Assembly (NCBI GenBank): GCA_938091905.1
Contig: CALKOM010000057.1
Span: 15,942-79,941 of the forward strand
Direction of reading: 5' to 3'
DNA from: an uncultured Verrucomicrobiales bacterium
GTDB taxonomy: Bacteria; Verrucomicrobiota; Verrucomicrobiia; Verrucomicrobiales; DEV007
Length of the DNA: 64,000 bases
A program made the position numbers and the translations under genes. The notes under the pieces are model-generated. The model was given only the letters and a program-made list of their open reading frames with translations. It had not been told where the DNA came from and did not search any database. Each line of letters opens with the position of its first letter. The first letter of the stretch is position 1. This document shows, piece by piece, positions 28,543-37,286 of this stretch.

Positions 28543-29355
28543 TCATAAGGTCTTGTGCTTGTCCAGCTCGTGCTGGCGGACAAGGTGGAAGACCATCCCG
28601 CCGGGAGAGGCTTTTAAGGAAGCCGGGCGTTTCTGGCCAGGATTGCGCATGGATAGCGTTAGCTTATCGCCATCCAATTCGTAGACGCTGTAGCCAAGCG
28701 TGTCTTGGCGGCGGAAATCGATATGCTTTGGCTCAGCCTCGGTATTCATCTGAGCGAGGTCTGCCATCTTGGCGCGTGCTGGTTGGTCGCCTAACTGAAC
28801 CATGAAGAGAGCGTCACGCGTGAACTCGATCGCGGCACCTGGTTGTTTGCGTGGGCCCGTGCCGCCATCCACTTCTTTGATCACCCAGATACCAATCAGT
28901 TCATGCTCGCCGAGATCGACGGCAGGCTCTTCCATCGCTTTGTCCGTGAAGCCGCCGACGGTAGTTCGTGTATCGGCGTCAGCGTAAATCCAGTCGGAGA
29001 TCTTGCCCTTGGCCACCTTGTAATCATCTCCTCGCTTCACCTTGGTGATGACGTGAGGCTGATTGCTGATCTTTCCCACAAAGTGACCGTCTTTGAATGT
29101 CACATCAGAAATCCAGAGATGCTCCACATGGTCTCCCTCCGTCACAGCCGCTTTGACGGCAAACATTGGGAAGCGTTTCTTGTTGTTGGACTTCAGGGCT
29201 CCAAGAAATTCGTCGATGCGGGAGCGAGCCTCGGCGATCGCAGCATCCATGCGCTCGTCCTCGCTCAGAGCGGGTGTGGGCGGGTCCTCGGCCAAAGCCC
29301 TACCCATGATGAAGATAGTGAGTATCGGAGCACAGAGAAGACGGGGCAGGTTCAT
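28543..29355 (-). CDS. Exported DUF2314 (YegJ-like) + TIGR03067-like domain fusion
   Basis: MDAAIAEAR...FAVK..VEHLWISDV..G.ISNQP..ISDWIY..GGFT, followed by L.G.W...PKHIDF...YELDGDKLTL....KRP. Confidence 0.75.
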   Translation of the reverse strand: MNLPRLLCAPILTIFIMGRALAEDPPTPALSEDERMDAAIAEARSRIDEFLGALKSNNKKRFPMFAVKAAVTEGDHVEHLWISDVTFKDGHFVGKISNQPHVITKVKRGDDYKVAKGKISDWIYADADTRTTVGGFTDKAMEEPAVDLGEHELIGIWVIKEVDGGTGPRKQPGAAIEFTRDALFMVQLGDQPARAKMADLAQMNTEAEPKHIDFRRQDTLGYSVYELDGDKLTLSMRNPGQKRPASLKASPGGMVFHLVRQHELDKHKTL

Positions 29356-29420
29356 AGGTTAATTTGTCCAGCATCCTGGGCCAGGTCAACCCAGTCCACG
29401 GCCGAGCGTTTGCGTTCACT

Positions 29421-31031
29421 TCAGACCGTGTGAAAGAGCATCGCCTCTTCCACAACGTCCCCAAGGGCTTTCAGAGCGAACGGCTTCGGTAGAATACTGG
29501 CGAAGCCCTTGGCTTGATATTCTGCCAATGAGTCCTTGTCCAACGAGCCACTCGTCGCAATGCCAACGATGTGAGGTGTGAGACTACGGAGTTCACGGAA
29601 AGTATCTTCGCCATTCATGCCGCCTGGAAGTGTCAGGTCGATGAGTGCTAGATCAAAGGCGTCACCAGCTTGCCAGGCATCTCGGTAGGTATCAATGGCT
29701 GAGTTCCCGTCCGCAGTACAGACGACAACGTGGCCGATCTGTTCGAGATACATCTGTGCAATCTTGCTGATTCCGGCTTGGTCTTCGACCACAAGGATTT
29801 TGAGATGCGCTAGAGAGGGTGGTTTGAGGGCAGCGCCTTCAGCAGCGGTTGGAGGTGTTTGTGGGTTGCCGGAAATCTCGGCAAAGGCTTCGGGCACAGC
29901 AGGGAGGTAGATGACAAATTCACTTCCCCGGTTGGGCTCTGAGTGGACATCGATGTAGCCATTGTGGCCGGACACAATCTGAGCACACGTGGCTAGACCC
30001 AGGCCACTACCGGAGGGCTTTGTAGTGTAGAGGGATTCGAAGATGTGCTTGCGGTCCTCTTCAGGAATGCCCACCCCGCGATCACGCACGGTTAGCGTTA
30101 CATAGCTACCCGGAGGCAATCCCAGCGGCGAGGCCTCATCGACAGGGACATTGTCTGCCATGAGGGCAATGGTTCCTCCGCTCGGCATTGCCTGCTGAGC
30201 GTTTACAAGGAGATTGTTGATGACCTGCACGATCTCGATGCTATCGGCAAGAATCGGCCAAATGTTAGGATTGATGATACGCTTGCAGGTGACATTTGAT
30301 CCCAAGCCAGTGATCGCGACGGCTTGATGGAGGACGTCGTGGACGGCACATGGTCGCTTGGTTGAGCGGCGTCCTTTGGCGTAGTTGAGCAGGCGTTGGC
30401 AAAGTGCGCTTGTGGTCATGGCGGCTTCAAGCGCTTGCTCAAGGGCATCGTGAACTGAAGAACCAGCTTTCGTTCCCGGCATGGCGACTTCCAAGTGGCC
30501 ACGGATTGTCGTGAGGGAGTTGTTGAAATCGTGAACGATGCCTTTGGCGATATGAGCTATGGTGTCTGCTTTGCTGAGCTCGAAAGCATGGCCCTCTGGA
30601 ATGGTCTCATTTGGGTCATCTGAAGACTCCGCAGGCTGATCCAAGGACGAGCGCCAGCGCAAGGTTGCTGTATGGTCAGCCTCGCGATTCTCGCCACCTG
30701 CGCGAGAGGAAATTTCCCATTCGGCCTCCACCAGGTCGCCAGCCAACGTTCGCATTGTATAGACACCGTGGAAGGCAAGCTGTGGGTCTGATTTTAGCCA
30801 GTCTTCCCGAAACCGGTCTCGTTCTTCTTTTAGAAAGAGTTCGCTCAGGGCCACCCCCTCAAGGCGAGCGGGCTCAAGCTTCAACTGAGACTCGAGAGCG
30901 CGGTTGGCGAAAACGATTCGCAACTGATCAAAGTTGTCGATACCTCCCTGTAGGATGCAGATACCTTCCTGAATCTGATCAATCGCAAGCCGCCAGTGGT
31001 AGTTCAACGCCTGCAGTTCTTCTGTAGTCAT
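29421..31031 (-). CDS. Cytoplasmic PAS-domain hybrid sensor histidine kinase/response regulator
   Basis: H-box VHDFNNSLT, N-box NLLVNAQQAM, DRGVGI, GSGLGL; receiver domain VVEDQ..IDLTLP..KPF. Confidence 0.93.
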   Translation of the reverse strand: MTTEELQALNYHWRLAIDQIQEGICILQGGIDNFDQLRIVFANRALESQLKLEPARLEGVALSELFLKEERDRFREDWLKSDPQLAFHGVYTMRTLAGDLVEAEWEISSRAGGENREADHTATLRWRSSLDQPAESSDDPNETIPEGHAFELSKADTIAHIAKGIVHDFNNSLTTIRGHLEVAMPGTKAGSSVHDALEQALEAAMTTSALCQRLLNYAKGRRSTKRPCAVHDVLHQAVAITGLGSNVTCKRIINPNIWPILADSIEIVQVINNLLVNAQQAMPSGGTIALMADNVPVDEASPLGLPPGSYVTLTVRDRGVGIPEEDRKHIFESLYTTKPSGSGLGLATCAQIVSGHNGYIDVHSEPNRGSEFVIYLPAVPEAFAEISGNPQTPPTAAEGAALKPPSLAHLKILVVEDQAGISKIAQMYLEQIGHVVVCTADGNSAIDTYRDAWQAGDAFDLALIDLTLPGGMNGEDTFRELRSLTPHIVGIATSGSLDKDSLAEYQAKGFASILPKPFALKALGDVVEEAMLFHTV

Positions 31032-31067
31032 AGGATTCGTGTCACAGGAAGGGAATGATGCGACTAA

Positions 31068-31133
31068 GTTAAGAAAGCTTAATGTTTAAGAAGTCTTAGA
31101 AGATTCTCAATATTAAAAGATTAAATTTGAGAA
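31068..31133. promoter_or_regulatory. AT-rich divergent promoter region with candidate operator repeats
   Basis: TTAAGaaagCTTAA (31069-31082) and TTAAGaagtCTTAG (31086-31099); inverted repeat ttctcaa/ttgagaa (31104-31133). Confidence 0.4.
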
Positions 31134-31263
31134 GATGATCAGTCGATTGCTAACAATTGTAGTGGTCTCTGGAAATTCGCTCCCTATGCCCAGATGGCAC
31201 CGCTGGGTATTCAGGTCAAAAACTGATTGCCAAGGGTGTATTTGACGATAGTTTCGCCGTCCC

Positions 31264-31473
31264 ATGGCCAAAGGCACTTCTAAAGCAAAGACGAGAAAGG
31301 CAGTCGCGAAACGTTTTAAAGTGACTGGTACTGGCAAGGTTCTACGCCGCAAACAGGGCAAACGTCACTTGATGCGTGTGAAGAATCGTAAGCGTAGCCG
31401 CAATCTCGGTAAGGTGACGTTGGTCGCCGATGCGAACCTCAAGGCCGTGAAGGCCAACATGCCTTTCGCGTAG
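31264..31473 (+). CDS. rpmI: 50S ribosomal protein L35
   Basis: KTRKAVAKRFKVTGTGKVLRRK.GKRHL; lies upstream of rplT. Confidence 0.97.
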   Translation: MAKGTSKAKTRKAVAKRFKVTGTGKVLRRKQGKRHLMRVKNRKRSRNLGKVTLVADANLKAVKANMPFA

Positions 31474-31606
31474 AGAATTCTGAACACTTTCCACAGCTGC
31501 CCTCGGGTGGCACCCATCAAGGCATCTACCTCGCTCTGGCGGGGACACCGAACAGACGAGTTGCCTGGTGATTTCGGAATAACGGTCTGTTCGACACCTA
31601 CTAATC

Positions 31607-31981
31607 ATGCCTAGAGCAACTAATTCACCAGCCAGCCGAAAGCGTCGGAAACGCATGCTTCTGAAAGCGAAGGGTTTCCGCGGATTCCGTTCGAAGTTGT
31701 ACCGCTACGCCAAAGACGCCGTCTATAAAGCGCAGCAACACGCCTACCGTGACCGCAAGGTTCGTAAGCGCGAGTTTCGCGGTCTTTGGATCCAGCGGAT
31801 TAACGCCGGTACCCGGGCCCATGGCTTGAGCTACAGTCGATTTATGGAAGGTCTAAAAGCGGCTAGTATTGAGTTGGATCGCAAAGTGCTCTCCGACATG
31901 GCCATCCGAGATGAAGGTGCTTTCAACGTTCTCGTTGAGACTGCGAAGGAAGCTCTCGAGAAGAAGAAGGCTGCCAGTTAG
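31607..31981 (+). CDS. rplT: 50S ribosomal protein L20
   Basis: [45 protein letters not shown]. Confidence 0.98.
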   Translation: MPRATNSPASRKRRKRMLLKAKGFRGFRSKLYRYAKDAVYKAQQHAYRDRKVRKREFRGLWIQRINAGTRAHGLSYSRFMEGLKAASIELDRKVLSDMAIRDEGAFNVLVETAKEALEKKKAAS

Positions 31982-32008
31982 TCAGGTTCTCCTGCGAATT
32001 TCTAATTT

Positions 32009-32052
32009 CAATGGCCGCGACGCATTGCCGTTTCGCGGCCATTGCTATTTTT
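32009..32052 (+). terminator. Probable intrinsic terminator between rplT and pheS
   Basis: Perfect 12-bp stem caatggccgcga/tcgcggccattg followed by ctattttt. Confidence 0.7.
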
Positions 32053-32083
32053 ACCTTACACACTCACTTTCGTTTTTTAAAAC

Positions 32084-33106
32084 ATGATTGCTCAGCTCGA
32101 TGCCATCCATCAAGACGCGCAAGCTGCTATCGAGGATGCCTGCGATGAAGCCGCGCTCGAAGAGTTTCGTATCCGTTTCCTCGGCAAGAAAGGTGCCCTT
32201 ACCCAAGCAGCCTCAGGAATGCGTGACGTGTCCAAAGAGGACAAGCCTGCCGTGGGGCAGAAGCTTAATGAAGTCCGCCAAGCACTGACGAGGTTTGTCG
32301 AGGCGCGTTCTGCCCAACTCCTTGCTTTGAAAGATGCGGAAGCGGCCAAGGGGATCGATGTGACGTTGCCGGGGCGTCGCCCGCAACAAGCGGCTTTTCA
32401 TCCGCTGACCCAAGTCATGCACCGTGGTATCAGCGCCCTTCGGCAAATGGGATTCACCTTGGCGGCAGGACCTGAAGTGGAGACAGAGTTCCATTGCTTT
32501 GATGCACTGAACACGCCCGAAGATCATCCTGCCCGCAATGAGAAGGACACCTTCTACTTCGCTGATGGTCATCTACTGCGGACGCACACCTCTTCTGTGC
32601 AGGTTCGCACCATGGAGACCACGAAGCCGCCCGTGCGCATCATAGCGCCGGGCAGTGCTTACCGCCGTGATGAGATCGATTCCACCCACCTCAGTGTCTT
32701 TAGTCAAATGGAAGGGCTGTATGTTGCTGAAGATGTCAGTCTTGGGGACTTAAAGGGAACGTTAGAGCGACTCTTCCGCGCGATCTTTGGTCCCAAGACG
32801 CCCGTGCGGTTTCGGCCGCACTTCTTTCCTTTCACGGAGCCTAGCTTCGAGATCGACATCAAACTCCAGCCGAAAGGTCAAGATCCGCGCTGGATCGAAA
32901 TTGCCGGGTGCGGCATGGTCGACCCCAATGTCTTCCGCCAAATCTGCGAATCGCGTGGGGATGATGTCTATGATCCTGACAAAGTAACTGGATTTGCTTT
33001 TGGTCTCGGATTGGAACGTCTCGCCATGATCATGTGGGGCATTCCTGACATCAGGCTGCTCATCGAGAATGATCAACGCTTCCTCCGTCAATTTGCATCT
33101 GCTTAA
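32084..33106 (+). CDS. pheS: Phenylalanine--tRNA ligase alpha subunit
   Basis: HPAR..DTFY, LRTHTSSVQ, FRPHFFPFTEPS, GCGMVDP, GFAFGLGLERLAM. Confidence 0.98.
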   Translation: MIAQLDAIHQDAQAAIEDACDEAALEEFRIRFLGKKGALTQAASGMRDVSKEDKPAVGQKLNEVRQALTRFVEARSAQLLALKDAEAAKGIDVTLPGRRPQQAAFHPLTQVMHRGISALRQMGFTLAAGPEVETEFHCFDALNTPEDHPARNEKDTFYFADGHLLRTHTSSVQVRTMETTKPPVRIIAPGSAYRRDEIDSTHLSVFSQMEGLYVAEDVSLGDLKGTLERLFRAIFGPKTPVRFRPHFFPFTEPSFEIDIKLQPKGQDPRWIEIAGCGMVDPNVFRQICESRGDDVYDPDKVTGFAFGLGLERLAMIMWGIPDIRLLIENDQRFLRQFASA

Positions 33107-33115
33107 CCGTTAGTC

Positions 33116-35512
33116 ATGAATACCTCTCTCAATTGGCTCCAAGATCATATCGATCTTTCTGACTACTCAACTGACGCCCTTTCGGATCTCCTCACCTTTG
33201 CCGGTATCGAAGTGGAAGGCATCCAAGAACGTGGTGCCGGCGTCGATCACGTGGTTGTCGGTCAGATCAAGAGTTCGGATTCTCACCCTGGCGCAGACCG
33301 CTTGAGTGTCTGTCAGGTTGATGACGGCAGTGGCTCGCTCCGTCAGATCGTTTGTGGAGCCAAGAATTACAAGGTCAATGACAAGGTTCCCGTGGCTCTT
33401 CCGGGCGCCGTCTTGCCGGGCGATTTCAAAATCAAGGAAGGCAAGCTACGCGGTGTCGTTTCGAATGGCATGATGTGCAGTGGCCGTGAACTCCAACTCA
33501 CAGACGACCATGAAGGCCTCCTTATTCTGAAGACCGACGAGGCTACGGGGACTCCGATTGGTGAGCTGTTTGAATCGGACACCCTTCTGGAGCTTGAGAT
33601 CACGCCGAATCGTCCCGATTGCCTGAGCCACTTGGGCATCGCGCGCGAACTAGCAGCCCTTGCCAAGCGCCCACTCAAAGGAGTTCCTCATTATGGTGCA
33701 AGCAGTGTGACGCAGCAGCCCGCCAAGACAGAGGAGATCACTTTGGAGGCGTCGGAGTCCTGTCCATTCTACACAGCTCGTCGGATCACCGGGGTGAAGG
33801 TCGGCCCAAGTCCGGACTGGCTCAAGGGCAAGCTTGAAGCCATCGGTTTGCGTCCTATCAATAACATCGTAGATATCACCAACTACGTCCTCTTCGAAAT
33901 GGGGCAGCCCTTGCATGCGTTCGATGTGGCTAAGCTCGACGGTGGCATTTGCGTGCGTCTGGCCAATGATGGTGAGACCTTCCAGGCTCTGGATGGCAAT
34001 GAATATGCCTTGCAGACGGACGACTTGGTCATCGCTGATCAATCGAAGGCGGTGGCCATCGGCGGCGTCATGGGCGGCGAAGATTCTGGGGTCACTGAAG
34101 GCACCACCGACGTGCTCTTGGAAAGTGCCTACTTCACGCCCAGCCACATTCGCCGTACATCGCGACGGTTAGACTTGAGCAGTGATTCAAGTTACCGCTT
34201 TGAGCGCGGGATCGATCCTGCCCAAACGATCGGAGCATCGGAACTCGCGAGCAAGCTCATTCTCGAACTCGCAGGTGGCAAGGCCGAAGACGTTCTGCTA
34301 GTTGCTGGCGAAGTGCCCGCGTCTCCATCGCCCGTGATGCTTGACCATGGACGGGCCCAGCGTTTGTTAGGCGTCGATCTCTCTGAAGACGAGATGGGCG
34401 AGATTCTTACGGGGCTTGGCTTGGAAAGTCAGGGCGCCGGTGCCTGGAAAGTGCCTAGCTTCAGAGGCGATCTCGAACGTCATGTGGATCTGGTAGAGGA
34501 AATTGCGCGTGTTTACGGCATCGATAAGATTCCTGCCCGTGAAGTGGCATTCTTTGCGGAGCCAAGCAAGGAAGACGCGCGTTATGATGCCCATCATCAG
34601 CTACGCCAGCGTCTGGTCGATCTAGGCTACGATGATTGCCTCACGATCAAGCTCATTTCAGATGCGCAACTCGCGGACGATCTTTGTGCCTTGCGCCTCG
34701 GCAAGCAGAACCAAGCAGTGCCTCTTAAAAAGCCACTCTCGCAAGATCACACGACCCTACGCCCAAGTGTCCTCCCGGGGTTGCTCGATGTGGCTGAACG
34801 AAATATTTGCCAAGGAGCGACAAGCCTCAAATTCTTCGAAATTGGCACCGTCTTCTCCAAGCACGAGAAGAGCCCGAAGGTGCTCGAATCGCAACAGCTC
34901 GGCATTGTGTTGTCTGGCGACATGACCAACGCGTCCTGGCACGGAGAAACGGCCCAAGCCGACATCTGTGATTTGATAGGACTCTGCGAAGCGCTCTTTG
35001 GCGGTGGCAAGCAAGCCGTGACCATGCGACGCCTGGAGCAAGAAAGCCTTCTTGTGGCAGCAGAGGTCTTGCTAGGCAAGTCGGTCATTGGCCGCCTTGG
35101 CCAAGTCCATCCTGCGCGTGCCCGTGAAATGGATTGCCAAGGCCCGCTCTACGTTGCTGAGATCGATCTCGCAAAAGCGATCAAGCCGAGCCTATCGGCA
35201 GAGCCAGTGACGGATCTGCCCAAGTTCCCTGCCATCACGCGAGACATTGCCCTCGAGGTGCCCTCCGACATGGAGAATGCGGAAGTGGCGAACTTCTTCA
35301 ACAAGCAGAACGACGTTCTGCTAGTGGGCTTCAAGATGTTCGATCTCTTTGCAGATCCGACGGGAGAGAAACTCCCAGTCGATAGGAAGTCGGTGGCCTA
35401 CACCCTCACGTATCGTTCAAACGACCGCACGTTGAAGTCGGAGGAAGTCGACAAAGCGCATGCCAAGGTGTTGGCCGCGTTGCCCAAGCTCGGGGACGTG
35501 AAACAACGCTAG
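33116..35512 (+). CDS. pheT: Phenylalanine--tRNA ligase beta subunit
   Basis: IVCGAKN, ITPNRPDCLS, GQPLHAFD, SSYRFERGID, DLVEEIARVYG, C-terminal anticodon-binding domain. Confidence 0.98.
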   Translation: MNTSLNWLQDHIDLSDYSTDALSDLLTFAGIEVEGIQERGAGVDHVVVGQIKSSDSHPGADRLSVCQVDDGSGSLRQIVCGAKNYKVNDKVPVALPGAVLPGDFKIKEGKLRGVVSNGMMCSGRELQLTDDHEGLLILKTDEATGTPIGELFESDTLLELEITPNRPDCLSHLGIARELAALAKRPLKGVPHYGASSVTQQPAKTEEITLEASESCPFYTARRITGVKVGPSPDWLKGKLEAIGLRPINNIVDITNYVLFEMGQPLHAFDVAKLDGGICVRLANDGETFQALDGNEYALQTDDLVIADQSKAVAIGGVMGGEDSGVTEGTTDVLLESAYFTPSHIRRTSRRLDLSSDSSYRFERGIDPAQTIGASELASKLILELAGGKAEDVLLVAGEVPASPSPVMLDHGRAQRLLGVDLSEDEMGEILTGLGLESQGAGAWKVPSFRGDLERHVDLVEEIARVYGIDKIPAREVAFFAEPSKEDARYDAHHQLRQRLVDLGYDDCLTIKLISDAQLADDLCALRLGKQNQAVPLKKPLSQDHTTLRPSVLPGLLDVAERNICQGATSLKFFEIGTVFSKHEKSPKVLESQQLGIVLSGDMTNASWHGETAQADICDLIGLCEALFGGGKQAVTMRRLEQESLLVAAEVLLGKSVIGRLGQVHPARAREMDCQGPLYVAEIDLAKAIKPSLSAEPVTDLPKFPAITRDIALEVPSDMENAEVANFFNKQNDVLLVGFKMFDLFADPTGEKLPVDRKSVAYTLTYRSNDRTLKSEEVDKAHAKVLAALPKLGDVKQR

Positions 35513-35529
35513 TTGTCCTTGATCTGCTC

Positions 35530-37206
35530 TTAGAATCCTAAGGCACTGCCATTCACGCGTGGGTCGCTTTGTGCTGCGAGGGTGTCATCGGCTTCGAGGC
35601 TGAGGGCTTGGCTGACCCCGAGGCCCGAAGTTGCTGCGACCATGTGGCCTTTAGCCTTTAGCGCGTCTTGGATTTCTTGTGGCATGGCGCGCTCTACCCG
35701 TAGCTGGTTAGGTCGCCATTGGTGGTGGATTCTGGGGGCTTTGAGACACTGGGTGAGGGGTTGCTTGAGATCGATGCGGCGGACGATGGCTTGGAGGGCT
35801 TGGGTGATGATGGTGGGGCCACCAGCAGCACCTACGGAGAAGACAGGCTTGCCGTCTTTGAGAACGATGGTGGGGCTCATGCTGGAGAGAGGGCGTTTGC
35901 CTGGGGCGACGGCGTTCGCATCGGAGCCTAACAAGCCGAAGGCGTTGGGGACGCCGGGTTGCGCGGCGAAGTCGTCCATTTCGTTGTTCAGGACGACGCC
36001 CGTTCCTGGAACAACCACTCCGGATCCGTAAGTGGTGTTCACGGTTTGGGTGCAAGCGACCCAGTTTCCTGCTTTATCGGCGACGCAGAAGTGGGTCGTG
36101 TGTTTGCCGAACCAATCGCTGTCTGACCCATCGGGTGTTCCGTGAGTCGGGACGTCGATGGCCTTATTGAGGTCAATGCGTCTGGCGAGTGTCTTGGCGT
36201 AGACCTTGTCGATGAGTCCTTTCGGAACCTTGGTGAAGTCGGCATCGCCTAACCAATGGGCGCGGTCAACGAAGGCTAGTTTCATGCTCTCGGCGATGAC
36301 ATGCAGGCGGTCGGTTTCGTCCATGGAGGCGAGATCGAATGTCTCTAGCATGTTCAGGATCTGAGCGATGTGAATGCCGCCAGAACTCGGTGGAGGCATA
36401 CCGATGATTTCGTGATCGCGATAGGTTGTGCGAACGGGGGCGCGTCGCTTGGGCTGGTAGTTGGCGAAATCAGTTTCTGTGAGGATGCCGCCGTGTTCCT
36501 TCATCCACGCGGCGACAGCTTTGGATAGAGGGCCACGGTAGAAGTGGTCGAGGCCGTCCTTGGCAACAGACTCGTAGGTGTTGGCGAGGTCTATCTGGAT
36601 GAGGCGATCACCGACTTGCAGCGCGTGAGCGTCGTTTAGAAAGATGGCGGAGGCTCCTGGGAATTCGCGTAGTTTCTCCACGGCGCCACCGAGCCGTCTG
36701 ACATAGTCCTTGCCCAACACGAATCCATCGCGTGCGATAGCGACCGAGGGTGTGATGACCTGAGCCAGTGTCTTACTACCATGACCTTCTAGTGCTTTGG
36801 CATAGGCGGCCAGCGCTCCGGGAACGCCCACGGCGAGTGGGCCTTTCCTGCTGAGGTCGGACACGGCTTTACCCTCACGAAGAAACATGTCGCGATGGGC
36901 CGCTGCGGGAGCTGTTTCGCGGCCATCAATGGTGAAGATCTCGCCATTGGAAGCGTGGATCACCATGAAGCAGCCGCCGCCGATACCAGAATTGAAGCCA
37001 TCGACGACTCCGAGTGCGAGCCCAGCACCAACCGCGGCATCAACGGCATTGCCGCCTTCCTTGAGGATGTCCAAGGCAATTTTAGAAGCCAGCGGATGTA
37101 CTGTGGCAACGACTCCGTTTGTGCCCGTAGCATGACGAACGGGCTGATGCTGATCGCCGTAGGCAATAGACAACAGGCAGAACGCAGTGATGACAAATGC
37201 TCTCAT
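35530..37206 (-). CDS. ggt: Gamma-glutamyltransferase
   Basis: GGNAVDAAV, IDGRETAP, PPPSSGG, HTTHF (nucleophile Thr), LNNEMDDF, PGKRPLSSMSP. Confidence 0.95.
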   Translation of the reverse strand: MRAFVITAFCLLSIAYGDQHQPVRHATGTNGVVATVHPLASKIALDILKEGGNAVDAAVGAGLALGVVDGFNSGIGGGCFMVIHASNGEIFTIDGRETAPAAAHRDMFLREGKAVSDLSRKGPLAVGVPGALAAYAKALEGHGSKTLAQVITPSVAIARDGFVLGKDYVRRLGGAVEKLREFPGASAIFLNDAHALQVGDRLIQIDLANTYESVAKDGLDHFYRGPLSKAVAAWMKEHGGILTETDFANYQPKRRAPVRTTYRDHEIIGMPPPSSGGIHIAQILNMLETFDLASMDETDRLHVIAESMKLAFVDRAHWLGDADFTKVPKGLIDKVYAKTLARRIDLNKAIDVPTHGTPDGSDSDWFGKHTTHFCVADKAGNWVACTQTVNTTYGSGVVVPGTGVVLNNEMDDFAAQPGVPNAFGLLGSDANAVAPGKRPLSSMSPTIVLKDGKPVFSVGAAGGPTIITQALQAIVRRIDLKQPLTQCLKAPRIHHQWRPNQLRVERAMPQEIQDALKAKGHMVAATSGLGVSQALSLEADDTLAAQSDPRVNGSALGF

Positions 37207-37286
37207 GGTGACACGCTACTTCAATCTAAGGAGCAATCCCAGGATGATTATCTAGCCTGTTCTGAAGGGCGAGGCCTTCTTCATTC

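Noticed and set aside
31100..31135. AT-rich inverted repeat as a dif site
   Set aside because: It does not match the 11-6-11 XerC/XerD arm layout or the TTATGTTAAAT arm.
32011..32083. Possible pheM-like Phe-rich leader peptide before pheS
   Set aside because: The only ATG lies inside the hairpin, the Phe codons are scattered and mostly downstream of it, and the frame runs into pheS. The geometry does not fit attenuation.
1..37206. Oxoprolinase and ggt as a glutathione-degradation cluster
   Set aside because: The pathway link is plausible, but the genes are more than 30 kb apart with unrelated genes in between.
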